Positions 1-12,219 of a DNA stretch of 64,000 nt are shown piece by piece. The stretch is taken from positions 248,001-312,000 of the forward strand of contig JASTWF010000368.1 in the NCBI GenBank assembly GCA_030390025.1, written 5' to 3'. The translations under genes were made by a program, and so were the position numbers. The stretch is from Squalus acanthias (lineage: Eukaryota). How positions within the stretch are numbered: position 1 is the first letter of the stretch; each line of letters opens with the position of its first letter. The notes under the pieces were generated by a model that had not been told where the DNA came from, made no database searches, and was given only the letters and a program-made list of their open reading frames with translations.

Positions 1-3000
1 GGCTGGAGGAGGTTACAGAGATAGGGAGGGTTGTAGGGGCTGGAGGAGGTTACAGAGATAGGGAGGGTTGTAGGGCTGGAGGAGGTTACAGAGATAGGGA
101 GGGTTGTAGGGGCTGGAGGAGGTTACAGAGATAGGGAGGGTTGTAGGGCTGGAGGAGGTTACAGAGATAGGGAGGGTTGTAGGGCTGGAGGAGGTTACAG
201 AGATAGGGAGGGTTGTAGGGGCTGGAGGAGGTTACAGAGATAGGGAGGGTTGTAGGGCTGGAGGAGGTTACAGAGATAGGGAGGGTTGTAGGGGCTGGAG
301 GAGGTTACAGAGATAGGGAGGGTTGTAGGGGCTGGAGGAGGTTACAGAGATAGGGAGGGTTGTAGGGCTGGAGGAGGTTACAGAGATAGGGAGGGTTGTA
401 GGGCTGGAGGAGGTTACAGAGATAGGAGGGTTGTAGGGGCTGGAGGAGGTTACAGAGATAGGGAGGGTTGTAGGGGCTGGAGGAGGTTACAGAGATAGGG
501 AGGGTTGTCGGGGCTGGAGGAGGTTACAGAGATAGGGAGGGTTGTAGGGGCTGGAGGAGGTTACAGAGATAGGGAGGGTTGTAGGGGCTGGAGGAGGTTA
601 CAGAGATAGGGAGGGTTGTAGGGCTGGAGGAGGTTACAGAGATAGGGAGGTTTGTAGGGGCTGGAGGAGGGTACAGAGATAGGGAGAGTTGTAGGGGCTG
701 GAGGAGGTTACAGCGATCGGGAGGGTTGTAGGTCTGGAGGAGTTTACAGAGATAGGGAGGGTTGTAGGGGCTGGAGGAGGTTACAGAGATAGGGAGGGTT
801 GTCGGGCTGGAGGAGGTTACAGAGATAGGGAGGGTTGTAGGGGCTGGAGGAGGTTACAGAGATATGGAGGGTTGTAGGGCTGGAGGAGGTTACAGAGATC
901 GGGAGGGTTGTAGGGGCTGGAGGAGATTACAGAGATAGGGAGGGTTGTAGGGCTGGAGGAGGTTACAGAGATAGGGAGGGTTGTAGGGCTGGAGGAGGTT
1001 ACAGAGATAGGGAGGGTTGTAGGGGCTGGAGGAGGTTACAGAGATAGGGAGGGTTGTAGGGGCTGGAGGAGGTTACAGAGATAGGGAGGGTTGTAGGGGC
1101 TGGAGGAGGTTACAGAGATAGGGAGGGTTGTAGGGGCTGGAGGAGGTTACAGAGATAGGGAGGGTTGTAGGGGCTGGAGGAGGTTACAGAGATAGGGAGG
1201 GTTGTAGGGCTGGAGGAGGTTACAGAGATAGGGAGGGTTGTAGGGCTGGAGGAGGTTACAGAGATAGGGAGGGTTGTAGGGCTGGAGGAGGTTACAGAGA
1301 TAGGGAGGGTTGTAGGGCTGGAGGAGGTTACAGAGATAGGGAGGGTTGTAGGGCTGGAGGAGGTTACAGAGATAGGGAGGGTTGTAGGGGCTGGAGGAGG
1401 TTACAGAGATAGGGAGGGTTGTAGGGGCTGGAGGAGGTTACAGAGATAGGGAGGGTTGTAGGGCTGGAGGTGGTTCCAGAGATAGGGAGGGTTGTAGGGC
1501 TGGAGGTGGTTACAGAGATAGGGAGGGTTGTAGGGCTGGAGGAGGTTACAGAGATAGGGAGGGTTGTAGGGCTGGAGGAGGTTACAGAGATAGGGAGGGT
1601 TGTAGGGCTGGAGGAGGTTACAGAGATAGGGAGGGTTGTAGGGCTGGAGGAGGTTACAGAGATAGGGAGGGTTGTAGGGCTGGAGGAGGTTACAGAGATA
1701 GGGAGGGTTGTAGGGGCTGGAGGTGGTTACAGAGATAGGGAGGGTTGTTGGGGCTGGAGGAGGGTACAGAGATAGGGAGGGCTGTAGGGACTGGTGGGGG
1801 TTACAGAGATAGGGAGGGTTGTTGGGGCTGCAGAGGTAGGGAGTGTTGTTGGGGCTGGAGGAGGTTACAGAGATAGGGAGGGTTCTAGGGGCTGGAGGAG
1901 TTTACAGAGATAGGGAGGGATGTAGGGGCTGGAGGAGTGTACAGAGATAGGGAGGTTTTTAGGGGCTGGAGGAGGGTACAGAGATAGGGAGAGTTGTAGG
2001 GGCTGGAGGAGGTTACAGAGATAGGGAGAGTTGTAGGGGCTGGAGGAGGTTACAGAGATAGGGAGGTTTGTAGGGGCTGGAGGAGGTTACAGAGATAGGG
2101 AGAGTTGTAGAGCTGGAGGAGGTTACAGAGATCGGGAGGGTTGTAGGGGCTGGAGGAGGATACAGAGATAGGGAGGGTTGTAGGAGGTTACAGAGATAGG
2201 GAGGGTTGTAGGGGCTGGAGGAGGTTACAGAGATAGGGAGGGTTGTAGGGGCTGGAGGAGGTTACAGAGATCGGGAGGGTTGTAGGGGCTGGAGGAGGAT
2301 ACAGAGATAGGGAGGGTTGTCGGAGGTTACAGAGATAGGGAGGGTTGTAGGGCTGGAGGAGGTTACAGAGATAGGGAGGGTTGTAGGGGCTGGAGGAGGT
2401 TACAGAGATAGGGAGGGTTGTCGGACTGGAGGAGGTTACAGAGATAGGGAGGGTTGTAGGGCTGGAGGAGGTTACAGAGATAGGGAGGGTTGTAGGGGCT
2501 GGAGGAGGTTACAGAGATAGGGAGGGTTGTAGGGGCTGGAGGAAGTTACAGAGATAGGGAGGGTTGTAGGGGCTGGAGGAGGTTACAGAGATAGGGAGGG
2601 TTGTAGGACTGGAGGAGGTTACAGAGATAGGGAGGGTTGTCGGGGCTGGAGGAGGTTACAGAGATAGGGAGGGTTGTAGGGGCTGGAGGAGGTTACAGAG
2701 ATAGGCAGGCTTGTAGGGGCTGGAGGAGGTTACAGAGATAGGGAGGGTTGTAGGGCTGGAGGTGGTTACAGAGATAGGGAGGGTTGTAGAGCTGGAGGTG
2801 GTTCCAGAGATAGGGAGGGTTGTAGCGACTGGTGGGGGTTACAGAGATTGGGAGGGTTGTTGGGGCTGCAGAGGTAGGGAGTGTTGTTGGGGCTGGAGGA
2901 GGTTACAGAGATAGGGAGAGTTGTTGGGGCTGGAGGAGGTTACAGAGATAGGGAGGTTTGTAGGGGCTGGAGGAGGGTACAGAGATAGGGAGAGTTGTAG

Positions 3001-4625
3001 GGGCTGGAGGAGGTTACAGAGATCGGGAGGGTTGTAGGTCTGGAGGAGTTTACAGAGATAGGGAGGGTTGTAGGGGCTGGAGGAGGTTACAGAGATAGGG
3101 AGGGTTGTCGGGCTGGAGGAGGTTACAGAGATAGGGAGGGTTGTAGGGGCTGGAGGAGGTTACAGAGATATGGAGGGTTGTAGGGCTGGAGGAGGTTACA
3201 GAGATCGGGAGGGTTGTAGGGGCTGGAGGAGATTACAGAGATAGGGAGGGTTGTAGGGCTGGAGGAGGTTACAGAGATGGGGAGGGTTGTAGGGACTGGA
3301 GGAGGTTACAGAGATAGGGAGGGTTGTAGGGCTGGAGGAGGGTACAGAGATAGGAAGGGTTGTCGAGCTGGAGGAGGTTACAGAGATAGGAAGGGTTGTA
3401 GGGCTGGAGGTGGTTCCAGAGATTGGGAGGGTTGTCGGGCTGGAGGAGGTTACAGAGATAGGGAGGGTTGTAGGGCTGGAGGAGGTTACAGAGATAGGGA
3501 GGGTTGTAGGGGCTGGAGGTGGTTCCAGAGATAGGGAGGGTTGTTGGGGCTGGAGGAGGGTGCAGAGATAGGGAGGGCTGTACGGACTGGTGGGGGTTAC
3601 AGAGATAGGGAGGGTTGTTGGGGCTGCAGAGGTAGAGAGTGTTGTTGGGGCTGGAGGAGGTTACAGAGATAGGGAGGGTTCTAGGGGCTGGAGGAGTTTA
3701 CAGAGATAGGGAGGGTTGTAGGGGCTGGAGGAGTGTACAGAGATAGGGAGGTTTTTAGGGGCTGGAGGAGGGTACAGAGATAGGGAGAGTTGTAGGGGCT
3801 GGAGGAGGTTACAGAGATAGGGAGGTTGTAGGGGCTGGAGGAGGTTACAGAGATAGGGAGGTTTGTAGGGGCTGGAGGAGGTTACAGAGATAGGGAGGTT
3901 GTAGGGGCTGGAGGAGGTTACAGAGATAGGGAGGGTTGTCGGGCTGGAGGAGGTTACAGAGATAGGGAGGGTTGTAGGGCTGGAGGAGGTTACAGAGATC
4001 GGGAGGGTTGTAGGGGCTGGAGGAGATTACAGAGATAGGGAGGGTTGTAGGGCTGGAGGAGGTTACAGAGATAGGGAGGGTTGTCGGGGCTGGAGGAGGT
4101 TACAGAGATAGGGAGGGTTGTAGGGGCTGGAGGAGGTTACAGAGATAGGGAGGGTTGTAGAGCTGGAGGAGGTTACAGAGATCGGGAGAGTTGTAGGGGC
4201 TGGAGGAGGATACAGAGATAGGGAGGGTTGTAGGAGGTTACAGAGATAGGGAGGGTTGTAGGGGCTGGAGGAGGTTACAGAGATAGGGAGGGTTGTAGGG
4301 GCTGGAGGAGGATACAGAGATCGGGAGGATTGTAGTGCTGGAGGAGGTTACAGAGATAGGGAGGGTTGTCGTGCTGGAGGAGGTTACAGAGATAGGAAGG
4401 GATGTAGGGGCTGGAGGAGGATACAGAGATCGGGAGGGTTGTAGGGGCTGGAGGAGGTTACAGAGATAGGGGGGGGGTTGTAGTGCTGGAGGAGGTTACA
4501 GTGATAGGGAGGGTTGTAGGGGCTGGAGGAGGTTACAGAGATAGGGAGGGTTGTAGGGGCTGGAGGAGGTTACACAGATAGGGAGGGTTGTCGGGCTGGA
4601 GGAGGTTACAGAGATAGGGAGGGTT
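1..4625. repeat. 36-37 bp minisatellite GGCTGGAGGAGGTTACAGAGATAGGGAGGGTTGTAG(G), about 125 copies, L2-derived; runs off the left edge
   Basis: Direct tandem periodicity. The reverse complement encodes PPYLCNLLQPYN, resembling the L2 ORF2 C-terminus. Confidence 0.95.
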
Positions 4626-4808
4626 ATAGGAGCTGGATCTGATGCTTACGGAGGATGGGAGGCCGACCATGAGAGGGCTACAATTATTGAGTCTGGAGGT
4701 GAGAAGAGGGTTTTCAGCTGCAGACGAGCCGAGGCAGGGGCGATGTGGCAGAGGGTGGAAGTCGGCAGTCTTGATGCTGGGGAGGCTATGTGGTCAGAAG
4801 TTATATTC
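4626..4808 (-). mobile_element. Degenerate L2 LINE ORF2 fragment
   Basis: Minus strand resembles the L2 region KTAYFHL..IARLR..SAAE (degenerate); adjoins the L2-derived minisatellite. Confidence 0.55.
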
Positions 4809-5032
4809 GCTTCCAGCTTAAATCACTCCCTCGTTGCTTTCCCCTCGAACCTTGGCCTCATTTGCAGCTCCAATTATACCAAGGCAGCCTATCTCTGTTC
4901 ACAACTTGTTCGGAAGTTAATTACATTCCTCCCCCTCCTTTCCACAACCAATTAACCTTCAGATCAACGGCGGGGGGGGGGGGGGGGGGGGGGGAGGGGT
5001 GACAATCTGTAACCTGCTCCCTTCCCACTTAC

Positions 5033-5060
5033 CTGAAGCCACGTGTCCCCGAGTCTCCAT
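5033..5060 (-). CDS. Candidate alternative first coding exon of the ATP2A gene (METRGHVAS+G, phase 1)
   Basis: agaATGG Kozak context at 5060; 28 nt to a CAG|GTAAGT donor at 5032; same phase as exon 1; lies in a non-repetitive island. Confidence 0.3.
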
Positions 5061-5221
5061 TCTAGCCCTGCCTTGGAGATTTGCGTCTTCCTATTCTCTC
5101 CCACCAGTGTTGTAAATAAGGCAAGGGGCCGTTCCGATCGGCAGGGCCGCCTCAGCCGGTGAAAGGGGTTAAAATGGAGCTGCGATACAATTATTGGGCC
5201 TGTTGTTGTCTCCTCGCGTAT

Positions 5222-6380
5222 AGAAGATTAAGGGGTAATCTAATCGAGGTGTTTAAGTTGATTCAACGAGTCGATAGGGTCGATAGAGAGAAACTATTTC
5301 CTTTGGGAGTGGGGGAGTCAAGAACAAGGGGGGCATAATCTTAAAATTAGAGCCAGGCCATTCAGGGGCGATGTCAGGAAGCACTTCTTCACACAAAGGG
5401 GAGTGGAAATCTGGAACTCTCTCCCCCAAAAACCTTCTGAGGCTGGGGGTCAATTGAAAGTTTTCAAAACGGAGATTGATAGATTACCGTTGGGTAAGGG
5501 TATGAAGGGTTACGGAACCAAGGCGGGAGTTAAGATACAGATCAGCTGTGATCTAATTGAATGGTGGAACAGGCTCGAAGGGCTGAATGGCCACCTCCTG
5601 TTCCTATGTTTCCACCTTGCTTGCACATTGAACAGTGAAGAGAGGCAATATCAACTAAATTAGACAATTTTAAAGGGGGTGCAGGAACAGAGACACCCGG
5701 GGCTTCACATATCCAAATCTTTGAAGGTGGCAGGACAAGTTGAGAAGGCTGTTAAAAAAGCATTTGGGATCCTTGGCTTTATTAATAGTGTGAGAGAGTC
5801 CAAAAGTTATCCTCAATCTTTATAAACCACTGGTTAGGCCTCAGCTGGAGTATTGTGTCTAATTCTGGGCACCAGACTTTAGGAAGGATGTCAAGGCCTT
5901 GGAGAGGGTGCAGAAGAGATTGACCAGAAGGGTACCAGGGATGAGGGACTTCAGTTACGTGGAGAGACTGGAGAAGCTGGGGTTGTTCTCCTTAGAGCAG
6001 AGAAGGTTAAGGGGAGATTTAATAAAAGTGTTCAAAAATCATGAAAGGTTTTCATGGGAGTAAATAAGGAGAAACTGTTTCCAGTGGCAGGAGGGTCGGT
6101 AACCAGAGGACAACAGATTTAAGATAATCGGCAAAAGAACCAGAGGGGGAGATGAGGAGAATGTTTTTACGCAGCGAGTTGTTGTGATCTGGAATGCGCT
6201 GCCTGAAAGGCCGGTGGAAGCAGATTCAATAGTAATTTTCTGAAGGGAATTGGATAAATACTTGACGAGGAAAAATTTGCAGGGCTATGGGGAAAGAGCT
6301 GGGGGGAGTGTGGGGCTAATTGGACAGTTCTTTCAAAGAGCCGGCACAGGCACAATGGGCTGAATGGCCTTCGTGTGCTT
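5222..6380 (+). mobile_element. Two 5'-truncated CR1 LINE 3' fragments (about 5222-5610 and 5632-6380)
   Basis: CR1 RT C-terminal motifs ([34 protein letters not shown]) and CR1 3'UTR. Confidence 0.85.
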
Positions 6381-6579
6381 TAAGTTCCATGATTGAAAAT
6401 CGGGGGCTTGTGGTGTGGGAGGGAAAATGGGAAAAGCAGATCCAACCCCACAGATGGAGACTCCATGGGGACGAGTCTTGACATAAGACATACATGGCTC
6501 TGGATTTTCCAGGATGCCATGGGATGGGCATTAAGACACTCCCATGATGTTCCAGCCACCAGATTCAGCTGATCCCTGA

Positions 6580-7372
6580 ATAACAACTCGCATTAATACA
6601 GCGTCGTCAACGTAGCAATACGTCCCAAGGCGCTTCACAGGAGCGCAGATAAGACTAAATTTGACACCGAGCCAGATATGGAGATATCAGAGCAGGTGGC
6701 CAAAAGCTTGGTCAAAGAGATAGGTTTTAAGGAGCGTCTTAAGGGAGGGGAGGTTTAGGGAGGAAACTCCAGAGCTGAGGGCCCAGGCAGCTGAAGGCAC
6801 GGCCACCAATAGTGGAGCGATGGAAATCAGGGGATGCGCAAATGCCAGAATTGGAGGAACGTAGAAATCCCAGAGGTTAGTCGGGCTGGAGGAGGTTACA
6901 GAGATAGGGAGGGTTGTAGGGGCTGGAGGAGGTTACAGAGATAGGGAGGGTTGTAGGGGCTGGAGGAGGTTACAGAGATAGGGAGGGTTGTAGGGGCTGG
7001 AGGAGGTTACAGAGATAGGGAGGGTTGTAGGAGCTGGAGGAGGTTCCAGAGATAGGGAGGGTTGTAGGGGCTGGAGGAGGTTACAGAGATAGGGAGTGTT
7101 GTAGGGGCTGGAGGAGGTTACAGAGATAGGGAGGGTTGTAGGGCTGGAGGAGGTTACAGAGATAGGGAGGGTTGTAGGGGCTGGAGGAGGTTACAGAGAT
7201 AGGGAGGGTTGTCGGGGCTGGAGGAGGTTACAGAGATAGGGAGGGTAGTCGGGGCTGGAGGAGGTTACAGAGATAGAGAGGGTTGTAGGGGCTGGAGGAG
7301 GTTACAGAGACAGGGAGAGGCAAGTCCACGGAGGGATTTGAATCCGAGGATGACAATTTTAAAACCAAGGCG
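6580..7372 (-). mobile_element. L2 LINE 3' end containing an internal expansion of the 37-bp unit
   Basis: L2-type 3' tail (ctgtgaagcgccttgggacg...gcgctgtattaatgcgagttgtt) on one side and FKIVILGFKSLRGL coding on the other. Confidence 0.75.
6884..7320. repeat. 36-37 bp minisatellite (same unit as 1-4625), about 12 copies
   Basis: Direct tandem periodicity. Confidence 0.95.
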
Positions 7373-7625
7373 TTAGAACACTCATGTTATTGGTGTTTTT
7401 CATATAAGCTAGGCTCAGATCCAGTCCTGCGCAGACACGTGGAAACCTCAGGAACGATTGTGGGTCACGAATCAACGCCAAGTAGCCACTCGCACTGCCC
7501 CAATGCAGAGATCGGACTGTCATTTGCGCTCTCTCTCCCTCCTACGCCAAGTTTAAAATACACAAGCGTGGGGGAATTAGAGAGGTACTTAAAATCGAAG
7601 AAATTACAGACAAGGAGGTCAGGAT

Positions 7626-8695
7626 CATAGAAATATTACAGCAGATGAGGCCATTCAACCCATCGGCCCTGTGACAGCTCTATGAAGTCCCATCCCCGAC
7701 GCCCATTTAAATTTTTCTTTTTAAAATATTTATCCGGTTCCTTTTTAAAACCTATTCTGGATTCTGCGTCCCCGCTATCCCTGGTCAGGCAATCCAAGTC
7801 CCAACAACCCTCCACGGAAAAGGAATTCTCTCCAATTCACATAAGGAGGCCATTCATAAAAAACAGAAGAACTAGGAGCAGGAGTAGGCCATTCAGCCCC
7901 TCGACCCTGCTCTGACATTTAATGAGATCATGGCTGATCCAATTTTGGCCTGAACTCCACTTTCCTGCCCGCTCCCCGTAACCCTCGACTCCCCCATGAC
8001 TCAAAAATCTGTCTGTCTCAGCCTTGAATATATTCAATGACTCAGCTTCCACAGCTCAATGGGGTAGAGAATTCCAAAGATTCACGACCCTCTGAGAGAA
8101 GAAATTCCTCCTCATCTCCGTCTTAAATGGGCTACCCCTTATTCGGCCCATTGTGTCCGTGCCAGCCGACAAAGAGCTATCCAGCTCTTGGTCCGTAGCC
8201 CTGTAGGTTACGGCACTTCAAGTGCAGATCCAAGTACTTTTTTAAATGTGATGAGGGTTTCTGCCTCGACCACCCTTTCGGGCAGTGAGTTCCAGACCCC
8301 CACCACCCTCGAGATGAAAAAGGTTCTCCACAAACCCCTCTAAACCTCCGACCAATTATTTTAAATCTATGCCCCCTGGTTAGTGACCTCTCTGCTGAGG
8401 GAAATAAGTCCTTCCTGTCCACTCTATCCAAGCCCCTCAATTTTATACACTTCAATCAAGTCTCCCCTCAGCCTCCTCTGTTCCAAAGAAAACAACCCCA
8501 GCCTATCCAATCTTTCCTTATAGCTAAAATTCTCCAGTCCTGGCAACATCCTCGTAAATCTCCTCCGTACCGTCTATGGTGCAATCACATCCTTCCTGTA
8601 ATGTGGTGACCAGAACTGCACGCAGTATTCTAGCTGTGGCCTAACTAATGTTTCATACAGTTTAAGCATAACCTCCCTGCTCTTGTACTCTAGGC
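7626..8695 (-). mobile_element. Three stacked CR1 3' fragments
   Basis: ORFs 7837-8052 and 8177-8455 carry CR1 RT C-terminal residues; CR1 3'UTR motifs present. Confidence 0.8.
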
Positions 8696-8721
8696 CTCAA
8701 CTAATAAAAGGAAAATAGACT

Positions 8722-9190
8722 CCGAGTCTCACGCTCACTCTCGCTTCCGAGGCAGAAGGTCGTGGGTTCGAGCCCCCACTCCAGAGACTCGAGCCCCATA
8801 AACCAGGCCGACACTCCCCAGTGCCCAATACTGAGGGAGCGCAGCACTGTCGGAGGGACAGTACTGAGGGAGCGCCGCACTGTCGGAGGGGCAGTACTGA
8901 GGGTGTGCTGCACTGTCGGAGGGGCAGTACTGAGGGTGTGCTGCACTGTCGGAGAGGCAGTACTGAGAGAGTGCTGCACTGTCGGATGTGCCGTCTTTCG
9001 GGTGGATGTAAAAGATCCCACATTCACTATTGGAAGAGGAGCTCGCCCCGGTGTCCTGGGGCCAATATTTATTGCTCAACTGACGTCACTAAAACAGATT
9101 AACTGGTCAGTTATCAGAATGCTGTTTGTGGGAGCTTGCTGTGCGCAAATTGGCTGCCGCGTTTCCTACATTACAAGAGTGACTGCACTC
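8722..9190 (+). mobile_element. tRNA-derived Deu-domain SINE (SacSINE1-like) with an internal 4-copy expansion of the 33-bp unit
   Basis: B-box GGTTCGAGCC at about 8766; core gtgccgtctttc; matches the single-unit copy at 12220-12664. Confidence 0.75.
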
Positions 9191-9270
9191 CGACTCCCAA
9201 AAACCTCAATGGCAGGAACCATTGTCCCGCTCCAAGCCCCGCCCCAACGAGGGATAGACGAGTCACGGGT

Positions 9271-10712
9271 CCCACCCCCCAGGAGGAGGGACGGTCACAG
9301 GTCCCGCCCCCAGGAGGAGGGACGGTCACAGGTCCCGCCCTGCCCCCCCGGAGGAGGGACGGTCACAGGTCCCGCCCTGCCCCCCCGGAGGAGGGACGGT
9401 CACAGGTCCCGCCCCCCCCCGGAGGAGGGACGGTCACAGGTCCCGCCCCCCCCGGAGGAGGGACGGTCACAGGTCCCGCCCCCCCCGGAGGAGGGACGGT
9501 CACAGGTCCCGCCCCCCCGGAGGAGGGACGGTCACAGGTCCCGCCCCCCCGAGGAGGGACGGTCACAGGTCCCGCCCCCCCGAGGAGGGACGGTCACAGG
9601 TCCCGCCCCCAGAGGAGGGACGGTCACAGGTCCCGCCCCCCAGAGGAGGGACGGTCACAGGTCCCGCCCCCCAGAGGAGGGACGGTCACAGGTCCCGCCC
9701 CCCAGAGGAGGGACGGTCACAGGTCCCGCCCCCCAGAGGAGGGACGGTCACAGGTCCCGCCCCCCAGAGGAGGGACGGTCACAGGTCCCGCCCCCCAGAG
9801 GAGGGACGGTCACAGGTCCCGCCCCCCAGAGGAGGGACGGTCACAGGTCCCGCCCCCCAGAGGAGGGACGGTCACAGGTCCCGCCCCCAGGAGGAGCGGG
9901 TCACAGGTCCCGCCCCCAGGAGGAGCGGGTCACAGGTCCCGCCCCCCAGGAGGAGCGGGTCACAGGTCCCGCCCCCCAGGAGGAGCGGGTCACAGGTCCC
10001 GCCCCCCAGGAGGAGCGGGTCACAGGTCCCGCCCCCAGGAGGAGCGAGTCACAGGTCCCGCCCCCAGGAGGAGCGAGTCACAGGTCCCGCCCCCAGGAGG
10101 AGCGAGTCACAGGTCCCGCCCCCAGGAGGAGCGAGTCACAGGTCCCGCCCCCAGGAGGAGCGAGTCACAGGTCCCGCCCCCAGGAGGAGCGGGTCACAGG
10201 TCCCGCCCCCAGGAGGAGCGAGTCACAGGTCCCGCCCCCAGGAGGAGCGAGTCACAGGTCCCGCCCCCAGGAGGAGCGAGTCACAGGTCCCGCCCCCAGG
10301 AGGAGCGAGTCACAGGTCCCGCCCCCAGGAGGAGCGAGTCACAGGTCCCGCCCCCAGGAGGAGCGAGTCACAGGTCCCGCCCCCAGGAGGAGGGACAGTC
10401 ACAGGTCCCGCCCCCAGGAGGAGGGACAGTCACAGGTCCCGCCCCCAGGAGGAGGGACAGTCACAGGTCCCGCCCCCAGGAGGAGGGACAGTCACAGGTC
10501 CCGCCCCCAGGAGGAGGGACAGTCACAGGTCCCGCCCCCAGGAGGAGGGACAGTCACAGGTCCCGCCCCCAGGAGGAGGGACAGTCACAGGTCCCGCCCC
10601 CAGGAGGAGGGACAGTCACAGGTCCCGCCCCCAGGAGGAGGGACAGTCACAGGTCCCGCCCCCAGGAGGCGGGACAGTCACAGGTCCCGCCCCCAGGAGG
10701 AGGGACAGTCAC
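9271..10712. repeat. 29-32 bp GC-rich minisatellite GTCACAGGTCCCGCCCCCAGGAGGAG(GGAC/CGA), about 47 copies, in ATP2A intron 1
   Basis: Tandem periodicity; each unit carries a CCCGCCCC GC box. Confidence 0.95.
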
Positions 10713-10792
10713 ACACCCCTCCCCCAATGAGGTGGGTGCAATCACAGGCCCCGCCCAAGATCTTCTTGCCACGCCCCAACCTGCCCACCTCA

Positions 10793-11086
<294 letters not shown>

Positions 11087-11139
11087 TCACTCTCTGTGTG
11101 GGGCCGCTCTTAGATTCCGCCTCCTCTTTACCCCCCCTT

Positions 11140-12020
11140 CTCAAGGCGACGCCATGACAGACCGGCTCTGTTCACACACACACACCACACACACACGCAC
11201 CGGGATGACTGACAGCGGCACCAGCCAATCGGCGGCGGCTCCCACCGCCCGGCTGAGGGCGGCGACCAATCACAGACCGGTCTTCCTCGATCAAGGGGGC
11301 GGGGCTCTCCCTTCTCCCGCCCCCCTCTGCGTCATCTTGTCTCCGCGCGTGCGCAGTCGTCTCCCAACCGCCGCCGTCGAGCGCGAGGGAGAAGGGGCGG
11401 GAACCTGCGGCTGTTTGACGTTCTCCGTAACCAATCGAGGAGCGGGGTCGCTGTCGGTCCGGCCAATGGCAGGTTTTCCCCTCCCGCCCCCCCCCCGGGA
11501 GTAAAGGGGGCGGGACTCTATCGCTGATTGACGTCCGCCTTCAACCAATCGAGGAGCGGGGTCGCCGCCGGTCGTCCAATGGCAGGCCGAGGATTGAGCA
11601 GGTTTCCCCCCTCCCGCCTCCGCAGGAAAGGAGGCGGGACTCTGCCGCTGATTGACGTCCTCCGTCAACCAATCGAGGAACGGGGTTGCCGCCGGTCGGC
11701 CAATGGCAGGCCGAGGATTGGGCAGGTTTTTCCCCCTTCCGCCGCGGGAAGAAAGAAGGCGGGAGCCTGCTGCTGATTGACGTCCCCAGCCAACCAATAG
11801 AGGGGGCCAGCGGACGCTGCCAGTCGGCCAATGGCAGGCCGGGGATTGGGGAGGGCCACGCTCCCCCATCCCCCACTCCCCGCCAACCCGCGATGTGGAA
11901 GCTGGCGATTGGTCGAGCCGTTTCCCCGGTGACGCGCCGCTCCCCGCGCGCACACAGCTTCCGGAGGCATGTGACCCGCCAGCGACAATCAGTAGGCCGA
12001 GGCAAGAGGGAACCTGGCGC
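11140..12020 (-). promoter_or_regulatory. CpG-island promoter of the ATP2A gene: four roughly 120-bp units (GC box, TGACGT, paired CCAAT) plus an ERSE-like element
   Basis: High CpG; TGACGT at 11416, 11529, 11653 and 11778; about 13 CCAAT/ATTGG boxes; GGCGGGA boxes. Confidence 0.8.
11894..11912 (-). promoter_or_regulatory. ER-stress response element-like CCAAT-N9-CCACA
   Basis: Minus strand reads CCAAT cgccagctt CCACA with exact 9-nt spacing. Confidence 0.55.
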
Positions 12021-12219
12021 TGCTTTGGCCCCCCCCCCTCCTCCAAGTCCTCCTGGGCAAACTGGTGGCCACTGCAGGTCAAGTGTTACTTTTCATTTCT
12101 CACGTTTTTATTTATTTTGTACATTCATTTTTTGACTTTTTATTTATTTCGTTTCTTTATTTTTATAAAAAATTTACTTTATCAATTTGATGCTTTCTGA
12201 TTTTTTCATCCCCAATAAA

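Noticed and set aside
11225..11246. Additional ERSE or ERSE-II sites (also 11845-11860)
   Set aside because: Spacing does not fit CCAAT-N9-CCACG or ATTGG-N-CCACG.
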